The notes below the pieces were generated by a model, which was not told the origin of the DNA, searched no databases, and saw only the letters and a list, made by a program, of their open reading frames with translations. A stretch of DNA of 64,000 bases from Antechinus flavipes (lineage: Eukaryota): positions 244,404,001 to 244,468,000 of the forward strand of contig NC_067398.1 in NCBI RefSeq assembly GCF_016432865.1. Direction: 5' to 3'. A program made the translations under genes and the position numbers. This document shows positions 49,149-63,913 of this stretch, piece by piece (position 1 is the first letter of the stretch; the number at the start of each line of letters is the position of its first letter).

Positions 49149-49391
49149 AGAGAGAGGACTATGGAGATTGAATGTGAATCAAAGCATAGTATTTATTTTT
49201 GCTAAGCAAGACAAATATAGAAATATGGTTAGAAGATTTGTTCACATTTGACCTTATCAGACTGGTTGCTATCTTTGGGATGGGAGAAGAGGGAGGAGAG
49301 GGAGAAATATTTGGAATACAAAGTTTTGTGAAAATGAATGTTGAAAACTATTTTTGCATGTATTTGGAAAAATAAATTTTAAATGAAATCA
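49149..49391 (+). repeat. 243-bp direct repeat, copy B
   Basis: Matches 47473-47715; L1 homology continues upstream of this copy. Confidence 0.92.
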
Positions 49392-50029
49392 GAAAATCCC
49401 TATGTTGATAGGAGCTAGATGGATTCAGTTCATTCAGCTTCACAAGATTAATTGGGTGTCACATATGACAAAACATAAATGCCAAGTAAAAGTACCCTTC
49501 CCCAAAATACCAATGCCATTATCCACAAACCATTATTCTAGCTTCATCCCTTTGAAGTTTGAAAACTTATCCAGGCACACCTTGTCTTATTGCATTTTGC
49601 AGAAAATGCATTTTTTTTTTTTTAAGGTTAGAGGCTATCTATCAAGCAAGTCTTATGAAAACCTTGGAGGGAAATTAATTTGTGTTACTTTCAAAGCATC
49701 CCTAACCTCAGCCAATGAATTTCTGATTGTCTCCTCTGGTTTCCCTTGCAGTAGCTAGTATCAGATTCCTATATTTTGTATAACGTTTTGAAGGACCCTA
49801 TATTTGAGAGCTCTTTTTACTCCTGCATACTTACGATGAATCTGCAGCAGCCAGACACCAAAATTTCTCGAGCTGCGGGTTTCTTGAAATAATGGAAACT
49901 GAGGGAGTCTTGTTTTTGTTGTGTGATTCTTGAATCTGCATAACCTCTCTGGTCCTAAATTTCCTGCGTCTGTACAATGGGAAGATTGAATCAGAGAATC
50001 TGCTGCAGATAGCCAAAGTTCAAGATTAT

Positions 50030-52155
<2,126 letters not shown>

Positions 52156-53969
52156 TAAATTAAGGATATTGGGATAGGAGCAACCAAAGATCCAAGCATG
52201 GCCCAGGATTAGAGCCAGAGTCTGAAAGGAAGAGCCTACAGATGGATAGAGAACCCATTCCTGCATGGTTTGAGAAAGCCAGTATTGTGTAACAGAATTG
52301 TTTTACCAACTCCCTGAGAGCCTAATGAAAAAAGAGGTTTATTTTCTCCCTCCCTTTTGGAGTCTGTTGTTTTCAAGTAGTATCATAACTTCTAACCTCA
52401 TGGGCCATAGAATACCAATACTGTTCATTGGGTTTTCTTGGAAGAAATACTGGAGTGGTTTGCTATTTCCTTTTCTAGTAAATTAAGGCAAACAGATTAA
52501 GTGGTGTGACCAGGATCACACAACTAATCAATGTCTGAGGCCAAATTTTAACTTGGGTCTTCCTGACTACAACCCTTTGGACCACTGCCTGTTCTGGAGT
52601 TTAATTAATCTTCAAAGCCACTTCTCTAACTACTGCCAAATGGTCCAGCTTTGGATGGCTACCTAGTATCCCTGAATTTCCAGATTTGAGTGTAATCCTA
52701 TCCTTGAACTTTCATCTAGTTCCTACTGAGGAACTTCCCTTCCCTTTCCCACAGCCAAAGGTGTATATACATATGTAGCTCCTGGCTATGTTAGGGCCAG
52801 GATCTCCCTCCTTTGTACAGTAGAGGACAGTAAAGGAGTTTCCCTAAGAACTGACTCTTTGTCTTAATAGTATAGGTGGGGATTTTAGTTTCTTTCCTCT
52901 CCATGCAGCCCCTTCAATTAGTTTTGTCTTATTTTTCCTCCTTACTGCAACAAGAATGGGAGGATGTTAAAGGATAATGTTTTAAAGTAGAGATGGAAAC
53001 AAAAAAAAAATTCTCCTTTAATATTACATCCAATGGAATACTTAATGATTTGGAAAGGGAAATGAAGGTTGACTAAGTTTTGAGGTATCACCTGAGAATT
53101 TAAAAATTCACCTGAACTTTCTGAAGCTGGTAGAACAGAAAATAGGGAGCCTAAGCAGGAGAGCGACCTAGATAAGGAGGGAAGAGAAGTAGCTCTTCCT
53201 TCCTCCAGCCTCTCCCATACTTTATGCTGCCAGAACTCTTGAGGCCCTCAATAGACTAAGAACCAACCTACAATAGAGGTCAAACTTTGGCAGAACAGAG
53301 GCCCGAGTTAAGACTATCTGCTCAACTGGCAGATGAATCCTTTATCTCCCTGAAAACACATTTTTACCCATAAGCCCAGGAATGTTGTACTCTTCCTTAT
53401 CCTATAATGGTACCTCCCAATATTAAGTCCATAGCTAATGGATGAACACCTATTAGTGCAATTCTCTGAGTCTCTCCCACCTGTTCCCCTTTAACTTTCA
53501 TCCCATTAACTATTAAGATTGAATTCAAACTCCAGGATTAAACACTTCTACCAAGTAGTCGACAATAAGCTTCTCCTTTATACTGACATAAGTATCCCAT
53601 GATACTGGTGCTTTGAAGTATGAGTTTGAAATTTTCCCTAGGAGCCACTGCACTGGACTGTGTTATGATAAAAGGTCTTATCTGCCAAACCTAACAAAGC
53701 ATGGATATAGGCATCCAGCAAACTGGCTCCTAGTATTCATTGTTTGTGAATTTCCAGAACTCCTTTAAAATGCCATACCTAGTCTATTTTCTACCATCTC
53801 AGAGTTGGGCAAAAAAAGTGAGAAGTTGGGGTCCCAAAGCCAGTTCCCATCACACCAGGCAAAGGGATATATCCAGAGACTGATACCTCCTTTACTGTCC
53901 CACAAAACTCTCCCTTTCCCCAGAGCTCCAAATAATACAATGTTCCTGGAATTGGACCCCACTATACTT

Positions 53970-54930
53970 TGTTTTCCCTGAGTGGAGACTCTTGTCATCT
54001 CTTTTCGCTAGGTATGTCCTCTGATGCAAAAAGAGAACGGGGTTCATACAAGAATCCTTTCTTATATTCAGGAGATGTGGGGTTTCTACCTAGTATAGAC
54101 ACATTTATGCAAAACAAGGGCCAAGTTGACCAAAAACCTCATTCACTCACCCTGCCACTACATCCTCAAACGCAGACAGTAACTGGGCCTAAAGCTAAGA
54201 CAAATTAATTTCCCAGTCTTGTTCCTTTGCTAAGACTTCCTGCCACTATGAACACATCTGTGCTGGAGGAGAGCTTACCTCCAAAGTACTTCCCACAATT
54301 GAGACATCTGTAGATCTTCTGACTGACTGTAGAAGCATTGGTATTGACAAAACTGGGTAGAAACTTCATATGCTCTAGCCATTAGGGAGGCTGCATCCTC
54401 ATGTGGAAAACTGGTGCTGAAGCAACTTGGAAACCTTTGCCATTCAGGTTTAAGTAGGGTTTCTGATTATGGCTAGGGTTAAAAGTTGTTACAGACTGAC
54501 AGAAATATGATCACTCAATATGATATTAATATTCTGGGAAAAGCCTTTTAGATAATGTGATCACTACCAGGATTTATTTCATTTTATTTTATTTTTTTGC
54601 TGAGGCAATTGGGGTTAAGTGACTTGTCCAAGGTCACACAGCCAGGACGTGTTAAATATCTGAGGCCAGATTTGAACTCAGGTCTTCCTGACTTCTGGGC
54701 TGGTGCTTTATCCACTGCGCCACCTAGCGGCCCCCATTACCAGGATTTTTAAACTATTTGGATGTATGGGTAAGTGACTGGGTATGAGTTCTCTAGGAAG
54801 TTCTTACCAAAGTCGGAGTATTTATAGAGTCTTTCATCTGTGTGGATTCTCTGATGCTTGGTGAATGACCAAGTAGGAACTCTGGACAAAATCCTTTTCA
54901 AAAATCCTGTAGCCACTTGGATGTTGAAAG
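53970..54930 (-). pseudogene. Decayed antisense C2H2 finger array
   Basis: Minus-strand fragments EKDFVQSSYLVIHQ, KHQRIHTDERLYKYSDFGKNF, HNQKPYLNLNGKGF..LQHQ, KIYRCLNCGKYFGG..QHRCVHSGRKS*, PEYKKGF..LHQRTY and HSGKTKY, interrupted by a SINE. Confidence 0.6.
54576..54737 (-). mobile_element. Marsupial CORE-SINE with TSD, inserted in the antisense finger fossil
   Basis: TSD TACCAGGATTT at 54565-54575 and 54738-54748. Confidence 0.9.
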
Positions 54931-54972
54931 ACAGAAAAGGTGCTCCTGTTTTAATGTTTGAAACAATATAGA

Positions 54973-55140
54973 CAGAGTGTCCCCAAAATCTTAAAGCAAT
55001 TTAAAACAAAATTTTAAACCATCTTTAATCTCTATAACCTTGCTAAATTAATCCTTTTGAGGGTTAAGTATATTGGAAAGCTGGAAATACTTTGATGAAA
55101 TTGCATTGTCATAAATTTTAAATAGCTTAAACTAGAACTA
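54973..55140. mobile_element. Degraded Tc1/mariner-like MITE
   Basis: Imperfect TIRs GTGTCCCCAAAATC / GATTTTAGGGGCAT. Confidence 0.4.
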
Positions 55141-56849
55141 TGATTTTAGGGGCATTACATGTCTCCTGATTTGGGATTTTCTCTGAAAATTTCCCTATCC
55201 TACTGAGTTACCCACTTGGGGTTCTCATTCTTATTCTCAAATCCCTATGATTAAAAAAAAAAAAATGAGGATCCAGATGCCAGTCTCAGAAACAATTTTC
55301 TAACTTTTTGCTTTCCTTTTGAACTTCTCCTAGGCATCCAAGGTAAAAAAGCAGGAAGGAGGATGATTCAAGGGTCTCTATTTAGTACAGCAACAGCATG
55401 CCTATCCCATATGGTTCCTACTTCACTTACAAATAAGAATATGCCCCACAAACAATCCTTTCTCAATCCTTTCTCATAAGGCAAGTGGTTTTTCAGTTCT
55501 AGAGGCCTGCATTTCACTTCTCTCCTTGTAGGCTTCAGTTTCCCTGATAGCAGCGGTACAATAATGAAAATAAAACAAAATTTGGAGGCAGGAGACTCAG
55601 GTTTCTGACGCTTAGAAAGCTTTTATAAGTGTTTATGGACAATGTTCATGGATATGTTGCATCCTCACCTAGAAAACTGCAATAATACAGCACAGTCTAC
55701 CTTATAGGACTTGGAGCAAAACACTGCAAATTTTTAAGTACTAATGAAACATGAACATGAACCTTATCAGATCCGTCACCCTCATCACTTCTCATCTACC
55801 TTATTCCAACTGCCTCTTAAATGGACTTAGGCTTCCAGTCTCTCCCCTTTCTAATCTTTTCTCCCTAAATCACAAATCTAACCATTTCATGGGATCATAT
55901 ATTTAAAGCTGGAAAGGACTTAGGAAGTCACCTCCCTCTGGGCTATCCCTTCCAACTCCCTTATTTTATAGATGAAATCTAGATCCATTAAAGAGAAACA
56001 ATTTGTCCAAAATCTCATGAGTAGTAAATGACAAACTGGTCCTCCGACTACAAATTGTTTTCTTTCATTCACCATGTTGTGATTTCTTCCACTTAGGAAG
56101 ATGAAGTGGCTCCTTCCTTCCTCCAGCAAATTTGTAAATTCCTTAGCTTGCTATGTAATACCCTTCATAATCTGGCTCCAACAAACCTATTTGGATTTAC
56201 TAGCATTAAACTCCTCCAAGGACTCTATCTTCTCTGTCTCAGCCTTCCCGCACACAGACCCTGGATGCATTTTTTTGCGCTGTACCTCTTGAAATTCCCT
56301 CAGAGGCCTCCTCCATTTAGCCTTTATCCTTGTATTGCCTTCCTCCTCCTGGAATTATAGAACACCTACAGATCTCAGTGAGTTTTAGCTACCCCATCAC
56401 TCCCCTAGAACGTCAATTCTTGTTTATAGTTTAGTCTTTATACTCCCAGTACCTTAAACACAGTAGGTACCTAAGAACGCCTGTCAGCTTTGCACCTGTG
56501 CCCAGTTCTCCCTGGTTGTGATTTTCTCAAGACATCGGCTAGCTTTGCAAACCCCCTGCCCCCATGCCCCACTCTCATCTTCCGATTCAATTTCTTTAGG
56601 TACGAGATCTGGGAAGTTCTTGGCTCCAGAAAAATAAAAGGCCACATTTTCTTCTTTCTTAGAGGTAGAGCAGCCTGGTGGGTCAATCGATAAGAGTACT
56701 GGTCCTGGAGTTACGAAAATCTAAGTTCAAACCCTAACTTGGACACTTAACTGTGTGGGAAATAACCCTATTTGCCAGTTTCGTCATTTGTAAAATGAGC
56801 TAATAGAAATGACAAACCACTGAGTATCTGTGCCTAGAAAACCTTCTGA

Positions 56850-58700
56850 ACATAGTTTATGGGGTTCACTCGGAAACGAGTGAACGACCGGTCAACAAAC
56901 CCAGATGTCCTGTTCCTTCTTCCCCAATACACTCACCTCTCAGCGTCCCATTTCCCCCTAGGAGCCTTAACCCCTTTGGCAACGAGTGTTAGAGAGGGGA
57001 AAAAGGAATGGAAAAGAAAACTGAGCACCCAAGATTTCAATCAAGCTGGGGGGAGGCGAAAGAGAGGGAGGAAGCGGGAAGGTAGATGAACGAGACAGGA
57101 AGCGGAAGGAAGCGCTCAGTTCTCCCCGTCTAGGTCCTCTCTAGGATTTCCTGGCTACAGAAGGCGAGAAACGTTAACTCCTTAGAGTCTGGAATCCGTG
57201 GGCACCCTAAGAAGGGTCTCGAGGTGTGGGTGAGTGGGAGTGGTAAATGGAGTGGCGGAACTTGCGGAGCTGAGATGAAAGGGGTAGTCGGGGGAGGCAT
57301 TTTCGTCATTCAGATAGGGAGAAAAACTGAAGCTAAAACGGTGAGGACCATTTAAGGACTCCCGAAGAACCTCTGGAGGTCTGGGCTCCCCCAAAGTCCT
57401 TCGCTAGCACCAGAAGACCCCGCCCCGAGAGCGTCTTTGGGCCAATCAGGCTCCGCTGGAGCCTCCTAGTGTCTGGAAGCGACAGTTAACGCCCCCACGA
57501 GCGAGGGACTGAGGCAGGGAAAAAGGGCGGGGAAAGAAGAGAAATGGGCGGGGCAAAGCGCCATGAGACCAATCGCTGGCCCCCTTTGGAAGAAAGAAGG
57601 CGGGGCCTTCAAGCTAGTCTGTTCTCTGCCCCCGGCGGCTGAGCCGTCGCCCTGGCAACGATCCTAGACCGTAGAAAGGGGCAGTCGGGAGGAGGGGTGG
57701 GAATTAGGGCTGGAGAACAGCTGTGAGAGACTGAGCCAGAGGCAGGGTGGGGGAGCCCGGCAGAGTCAGAAGGCCTGTGCCCGAGTTGTACCCAACTATC
57801 GGGGGCGGCATGAAGGGGCTGTCCCCATGGCAGCCTGGGGGCTCCGCTGACTGCCACGCCGCTCCCGAGCTCCGAGGGAAGGCCGGGGGAGGCGCGCCGC
57901 AGAGATATCATCGTCCCCGGGTCAGAGGAAAGGGGCGGCGGCGGAGGTTGATCGCTGAGCCGCTACTGGGGCTCGAGCCCGGGACAAGCCGCCCCTCGCC
58001 TTGCTAGCTCCCGAATCTCGGGGCTGCTGCTCCAGGGCTCCAGAGCACGCTTGCACGGACCCAGCGGCCAGCAGACTGACGGAAAGACACTTTGCCTAGG
58101 CTTTGGGACGGATCGTCCAGGCCTTATCCTTGCTATAGCTGCTGCTGTTCCTTCAGCACTTGCTTAGCCTTACACCCCGGGGCCCGGGGCTGTATCGGCC
58201 CTGCACAGGGTTAATGCCACCGAGTCGCACCTCCGCGGAATCCTAGAGCGGCAGCGGCGCCAGCCTAGCTGGCCGCTCGCGGACACTTCCTGTACAGGAG
58301 GGGGGGGTGGGGGGAGGGGGCTGGGCAGCCGCAGCCCAGCTAGGGGCTGGGGAGCCGGGCCACCGACACCTGGGTCCTGGGAAAGGTGTCTAGGGGCCGG
58401 AAGGCCGTCTCTCCTCGGGTTCAGACAGCCTAGATTCTAAAAGCGGACTGGGGTCTTAGGAAGAAAGTGGGAAAGAGTGAGCTGGAGAGAGGAGGGGGGG
58501 AAGGGAGGGGGGCGGGGCTCTGGGGAGGGAGAGCTGGAGGCCTGGGGTCAAGACATCTGGATTCTAGGAAGGGGAGCAGGGCCCCAGAGGCGCGCACACG
58601 CTCCCGCGCGCACCCGGTCTGCGAGGAGCCTGCTGCTCAGGTGACTCCTCCTGGACCGCGGGGGCACCCAAGCCCTTGCCTACAGGGAGTTCTGACCTGA
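56850..58700 (+). promoter_or_regulatory. CpG island / promoter of ZNF768
   Basis: CCAAT boxes (about 57442 and 57569), GC boxes (57525-57606), RFX X-box GTCGCCCTGGCAAC at 57646-57659, G-run clusters at 58300-58530. A candidate acceptor at 58736-58737 suggests an upstream non-coding exon. Confidence 0.8.
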
Positions 58701-58765
58701 AGGGCTAGAGAGGGAAATTACTCTTGTTCTTCTCCAGAGGCTTACCTCAGCTCCTGATTCCTAAA

Positions 58766-60203
58766 ATGGAGCAAGAGGCCCGGCCGTGGGGCCTAGATCC
58801 CCAGCGTCCTGAGGAGATGGAGAGCCAGAAAGGCACCCTACCAGGTGAGAGACAGCTGGGCCCCTCTGCTGTGGGAAGGTTGGGAGCAAAAGGAGGTCAG
58901 AAATGGAGGTAGAGGAGAGCTACCAGATGAGTTTGAGACTACTTTTCTTTCCACAGGCAGCGAGTGTGACAGACGGAAGAGTACGAGTGAGAAAGATGAT
59001 GAGATTTCTCAACACGAAAACTCCGAGAATGGGGATGTGGAAGAGATTCCCTTTGGAGTGGAACCTCAGAGTCCAGGTTTTGATGAAATTCCTGAGATGC
59101 CCCTGAGCCCTGAGGAGAAGGATCCTCTTGATCTCTCCTTGGAGGATGATCCCTTGGATTCCTACACTGAGGGCTATGAGGATCCACCCCCCAAGGACCT
59201 GTCAATGGGGACCACTTTTGAGATGCCCTCAGGGACCCTGCTCTCAGACCCCCGCTTTGAGATCCTTCAGGAGAATCCACTCAACCTCACCCAGGCCATC
59301 CGCAGCCAGTCTCGGCGGGGTGGGGGCCCTCGAGGGCAAGGGAGGCAGCCCCCTCGCCCCAACATCTGTGGTATCTGTGGGAAGAGCTTTGGTCGTGGCT
59401 CCACCCTGATCCAACACCAGCGTATCCATACGGGAGAGAAACCTTATAAGTGTGAAGTGTGTGGCAAAGCCTTCTCCCAGAGCTCCGATCTCATCAAGCA
59501 TCAGCGCACGCACACAGGCGAACGGCCATATAAGTGCCCCCGATGTGGCAAGGCCTTTGCTGACAGCTCCTACCTGCTCCGCCACCAACGGACCCATACA
59601 GGCCAGAAGCCCTATAAGTGCCCGTACTGCGGCAAGGCCTTTGGCGACAGCTCCTACCTCCTGCGCCACCAGCGCACCCATAGCCATGAGCGACCCTACA
59701 GTTGCCCAGATTGTGGCAAGTGCTACAGCCAGAACTCATCCCTTCGCAGCCACCAGCGTGTTCATACAGGGCAGAGGCCCTACAGCTGTGGCATATGTGG
59801 CAAGTCCTTCTCCCAGCGCTCGGCCCTCACCCCCCATGCCCGAAGCCACACCCGGGAGAAGCCCTTCAAGTGCCCTGAGTGTGGGAAACGTTTTGGCCAG
59901 AGCTCTGTGCTTGCCATTCATGCCCGCACCCACCTACCTGGCCGTACCTACAGCTGTCCTGACTGTGGGAAAACCTTTAATCGATCATCCACCCTGATTC
60001 AGCACCAGCGCTCCCATACGGGTGAACGGCCCTATAAATGTGCTATTTGTGGAAAGGGCTTTTGCCGCTCCTCTACTCTTCTGCAGCATCACCGTGTCCA
60101 TAGTGGTGAACGGCCCTACAAGTGTGACGACTGTGGCAAGGCCTTCTCGCAGAGTTCCGACCTCATTCGCCACCAACGGACGCATGCAGCTGGGCGGCGC
60201 TGA
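58766..60203 (+). CDS. ZNF768: Zinc finger protein 768, 10 C2H2 fingers, no KRAB; join(58766..58844,58957..60203), 441 aa
   Basis: Exon 1 [27 protein letters not shown] ends at a GT donor (58845); acceptor ttttctttccacag ends 58956; phase 1 join is in frame with ORF 58845..60203. Array [24 protein letters not shown]...[18 protein letters not shown] and N-terminal EEIPFGxEPQSPGF match human ZNF768 as I recall it. Confidence 0.95.
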
Positions 60204-62939
60204 TCATGGAATCCCAGGAAGCAGGAAGAGGGTCATATTGGGAGGGGGTAGGGATAAGCAGCCTAGAGATATAGGTAGAGTTGGGGGGGAGGGGAAAGGG
60301 AAAAGGGTTAGGGTCAGTTACTTGGTTTCAGAAATGGAAATTGAACACAAAATCTCCCTTAGAAGCTGGGGTTAAAAAATCTCTGTGCTACAGGAGAGGA
60401 ATCTAGGAAAGAATTGAGCATTCTGCCTTTTTCTGGGAAAATATTCCTGAGAAAGTTTTTAAATAAAGGGGCAGGAGCCAATAGCCAAGTGCAGGCCTTC
60501 CCTGTGCCCTCTGAAAGTCTTTGGGAGAAACAGGAGAGAATAGGCAGAGAGCTTACTGCCTACACACCAGTGCCATCTGCTGGAATCCCAGAGATGATGA
60601 ATTGCTAGATGTAGGGGAATAGCTCGCTAAGTGGTTAGATAGAGTGGGTATTAGCTTAGTTGGGGGGCTCCCTAGGAGTCAGGGAGAGGGTGGGACTGAG
60701 GATCAGGGTGGGGATCCAGGTATATCTGGATTGGGCCTGGCCCCAGCATTGAGTCTGGGATCTCCTCTGCCCCATCCTGCTGCATCATCACTGATTCAAT
60801 AAAAACCTCAATATGGAAATATGGAGTGCCTCAGCCTCATACATCCACCTTGGGTTAGGGCTTTTGTTGTTCAATCATGTTTGTTGGACTTTTTGTGACC
60901 TCATGTGGATTTTTTAATGACAAAATTACTGGTTTGTCATTTCTTTCTTCAGCTCATTGTACAAATGAACTGAGGCAAGCATGGTTAAGTGCATGTCTTG
61001 GGTCAAATTTGAACCCCGGTCTATCTGATTCCAGATCAGGCACTATATTGTACTCCCTAGCTGCTCCCGGTTAGGGCTAAGCCATTACTACTCTTTCCTA
61101 TCCTGATTAGCCCATTCCAGGTTAAGCTCAAATAGTAAGAAAGGTCTGAGAGGAGACAGTAATGCTTGCTTTGCTAGTTCCACCCTAGTCAAACTTTTAA
61201 CAGCCAAACTGAGGTATTGCTTGGGAGAACAACAGTCTGATGGCCCCTGTCCTGCTCCAATCTCTTCAAACTCCTTGAAGTTGGGAACGGGTGGGAATCT
61301 CTGCCCTGGGAAAAAGGGGTAAATGGAAAGGTGTGATTGTTTAAGCCTTTGGGCTAAGGAAGGGTTGGCTTTTGTTTGTTTTTTCTGGTACTGCAGAGGC
61401 TTGAGGAGCCTGTCCTCTGGATTCTTGTAAATTAAAACTTGAATACTTAGGGCTTCCCCAGATTGATTCTGGGATCCTAATTCCTTTCCCACTGACCAAT
61501 CCTTGTCTCCTGGCTCCTCTCACACATTCTTATCCTCTCCTTGCTAGTATTTTGGCCTCCAGCTTTCCAAAACTGAGCGGCTGACTGGCTGCAGCTTGAC
61601 TTTTGTTGGTGGTGATTTCAGTGATATCCAATAATCTGATTCCTTTTGGGGTTTGCTTGGCAAATACACTGGAGTGCTTTGCCATTTCCTTTTTCAACTC
61701 ATTTTACAGATGAAGAAACTGAGGCAAACAGGGTTAAGTAACTTGCCCAGGGCTGAGGTTGAGTTTGGACTCAGGCCTTCCCAACTCCAAACCTGGCCCT
61801 CTACTTTATTACCTATGTGCCTTTGCAACAAGTCTTAGGGGAATGAAAGATTGGTGGGAAGGTTACAAACCAGAATGACCCCAAGTGGTCATTGTTTGGG
61901 TCTTGGTTGATTCAGAGTAAACACAAATAGAAATCATTTCTGTTTTGGTCAAATTTAACCCTCCCAGTTTTAGATTTTTTTTGACTAGGTGAAAGAAATT
62001 CTTTGTCTCAATTTGTACCTACGCTCAGTCACTAAATGGGGCAGCCTCAGTCAAACTGAGACCTGTTGAAGATCTTAGCTTTAAAAGGCCAAAGTCTCCC
62101 ACTGAACCCAAGGCCATCTCTAGTCTTCCTGATCTATATCTGACCACTGAAACCAAATGGCTCTGAAGGGGAAAAAGTGAGGCAGGTGACCTTGTACAGT
62201 CCTCCCTCACTTCAATCACCACTCCCTCACTTGCATATTATGGTCCTCTTCAAAAATATTGCCTAGGAGAATAGGACCAAGGAGAAAACTGTGGCCATAC
62301 ACTGGGATTTGTTTCTGGGTCCAAAAGTGAAAATGGGGTAGAGAACCACAAGTGGTATTTTCATTCTGATTCACATTCATCCACCTATTTCTCCTCTCCC
62401 CCAAATTGGGCCTCTTATCTGCCACTACCAGCTTGGTGAGAGAGCACTGTGGCCCAAGTTCTGATAGTGTGGTCTCTGCCCAACTCAACCCTGAGTTGTA
62501 TAGCTCTACTCTTGAGTTGGGAAATCTTTGCTCTCCAAATGAGTAATAGGATGGAAACTCATTCACCTGAGTTCTGAGTCAACTCAAGTGATAGCCTCCT
62601 TACACCTTTAGCTCTATAAGGCTAAGTAGACACCCCCCCACACACACACACACACTATTAGTTTAAATCTCCATCTCTGTAGTTTTTTTTTTTTTTCCAG
62701 TAGCAAAAAATGATTTCCTAATCAGATGGGCTTGGAGGTAGGGAGCAGTTAGCCACAGATAAAAACTCCATCCCCGTAGAGAAACTCTTTTGTCTGAAAA
62801 CAGGAAGTTGTAGAACCCTATAATTTTTTATTCATCTTTCATTTTCAAAGAGGACCAGTGACATGGGTCTTAATATATTTGTTTGCCCCACTTTCCTAGA
62901 GTCATCAAAGTCCAGTGGCAGTGATGAGGTCCTGAATGA

Positions 62940-63582
62940 TGTGTTGGTCAGAGAAAAACTAAAGATCCAAGAGATCAATTTAGCTTCATGGTCTCACTCT
63001 CTAGGGAAGTCATCCAGTCTAAAATCTTAAATTATGTCAAATCCCTGAATCCCACCCCCTGTAGAGGTTTGGAGCAGTCTTGTTATACCCTGTCAGAAAT
63101 CCCAGTCATGTCCCTGAAATTAAATTTTGCCTGTGAAATTTACTTATGAACCATCTCAATGGCAGCTGCCTTCCTTTGGGTTAGCCTGCCACAGCACTCT
63201 GCCTCATGATGTCTGTCGTCTCCTCCTTCCCCCATGCCATGAGTTCTCTCCCCTAATTCCTCTAATTTCTCAACCCCACTTCTCCTCCTTGCAGCTAACT
63301 AACTCTTTTAGGATGCTGAGTATCCCAACCTCATGGAATGCTCCCTAGGGTAATATTACCCTATTACTCAGGTAATCCTGAGTTCCACTGAGGAACTTCT
63401 TTCATAAGCTCTCCCACTCTATTTCATATTTACCATTCCCAGTATCTATTGTATCCCTCTATTTTTTCTATAATCTTCTTCCCTAAATAAATCTACCTTT
63501 TGCCAAAGAAAATGGCCATGGTGAATTCCTCACATGACCGAACCCCAACTTTGGTGTCTGCCATCATCCAGTCTCTACATCA
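62940..63582 (+). mobile_element. Probable solo LTR
   Basis: AATAAA at 63486 followed by a U5-like ...accttttgccaaag...ctacatCA end; it interrupts an RTE-type repeat. No TSD resolved. Confidence 0.5.
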
Positions 63583-63913
63583 GCTACTTCGGTGGTCTTT
63601 ATCAGCAGGAAAATGGCCCAGGATGCAGTGGGTGACTTTGGTGTCTTCTGTGCCAGACCATGTGCCCTTGTGGCCATATGGTTCTCATCTGCACGTTGTG
63701 CCAGGGAAATTTTTTTCCACATGTTTAGGTTTGAGGTTTCCATCTACTGGGTTTGCAGGATTTGTTGTGTATGTTAACTTTTTGGAGTCACAGAGCAGCC
63801 CCTAAAAGGGTAAGCTCTCACACCAGAGTTACTAGGCCTCCCAGGACACTCCCTACACTTGGAGAGCTTTATTGAATGTAGGAATAAATGTCCCAAGCTC
63901 TGTACTAATGATG

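Noticed and set aside
49918-49951. GTTGTGTG-N18-CCTCTCTG as a ZNF768 site upstream of ZNF764
   Set aside because: One mismatch and a spacer 2 nt shorter than the recalled N20; a degraded MIR core.
56520-56560. Minus-strand RGFAKLADV as a KRAB-A relic for the antisense fossil
   Set aside because: Similarity to RGLVSFADV stops after nine codons; too weak.
57747-58007. 86-aa ORF in the ZNF768 island as an extra coding exon
   Set aside because: GTG start, low-complexity GC-rich translation, no splice link to the CDS.
59128-60375. Long alternative-frame and antisense ORFs over ZNF768, and likewise over the other finger and KRAB exons
   Set aside because: Expected shadows of GC-rich repetitive zinc-finger codons; no independent features.
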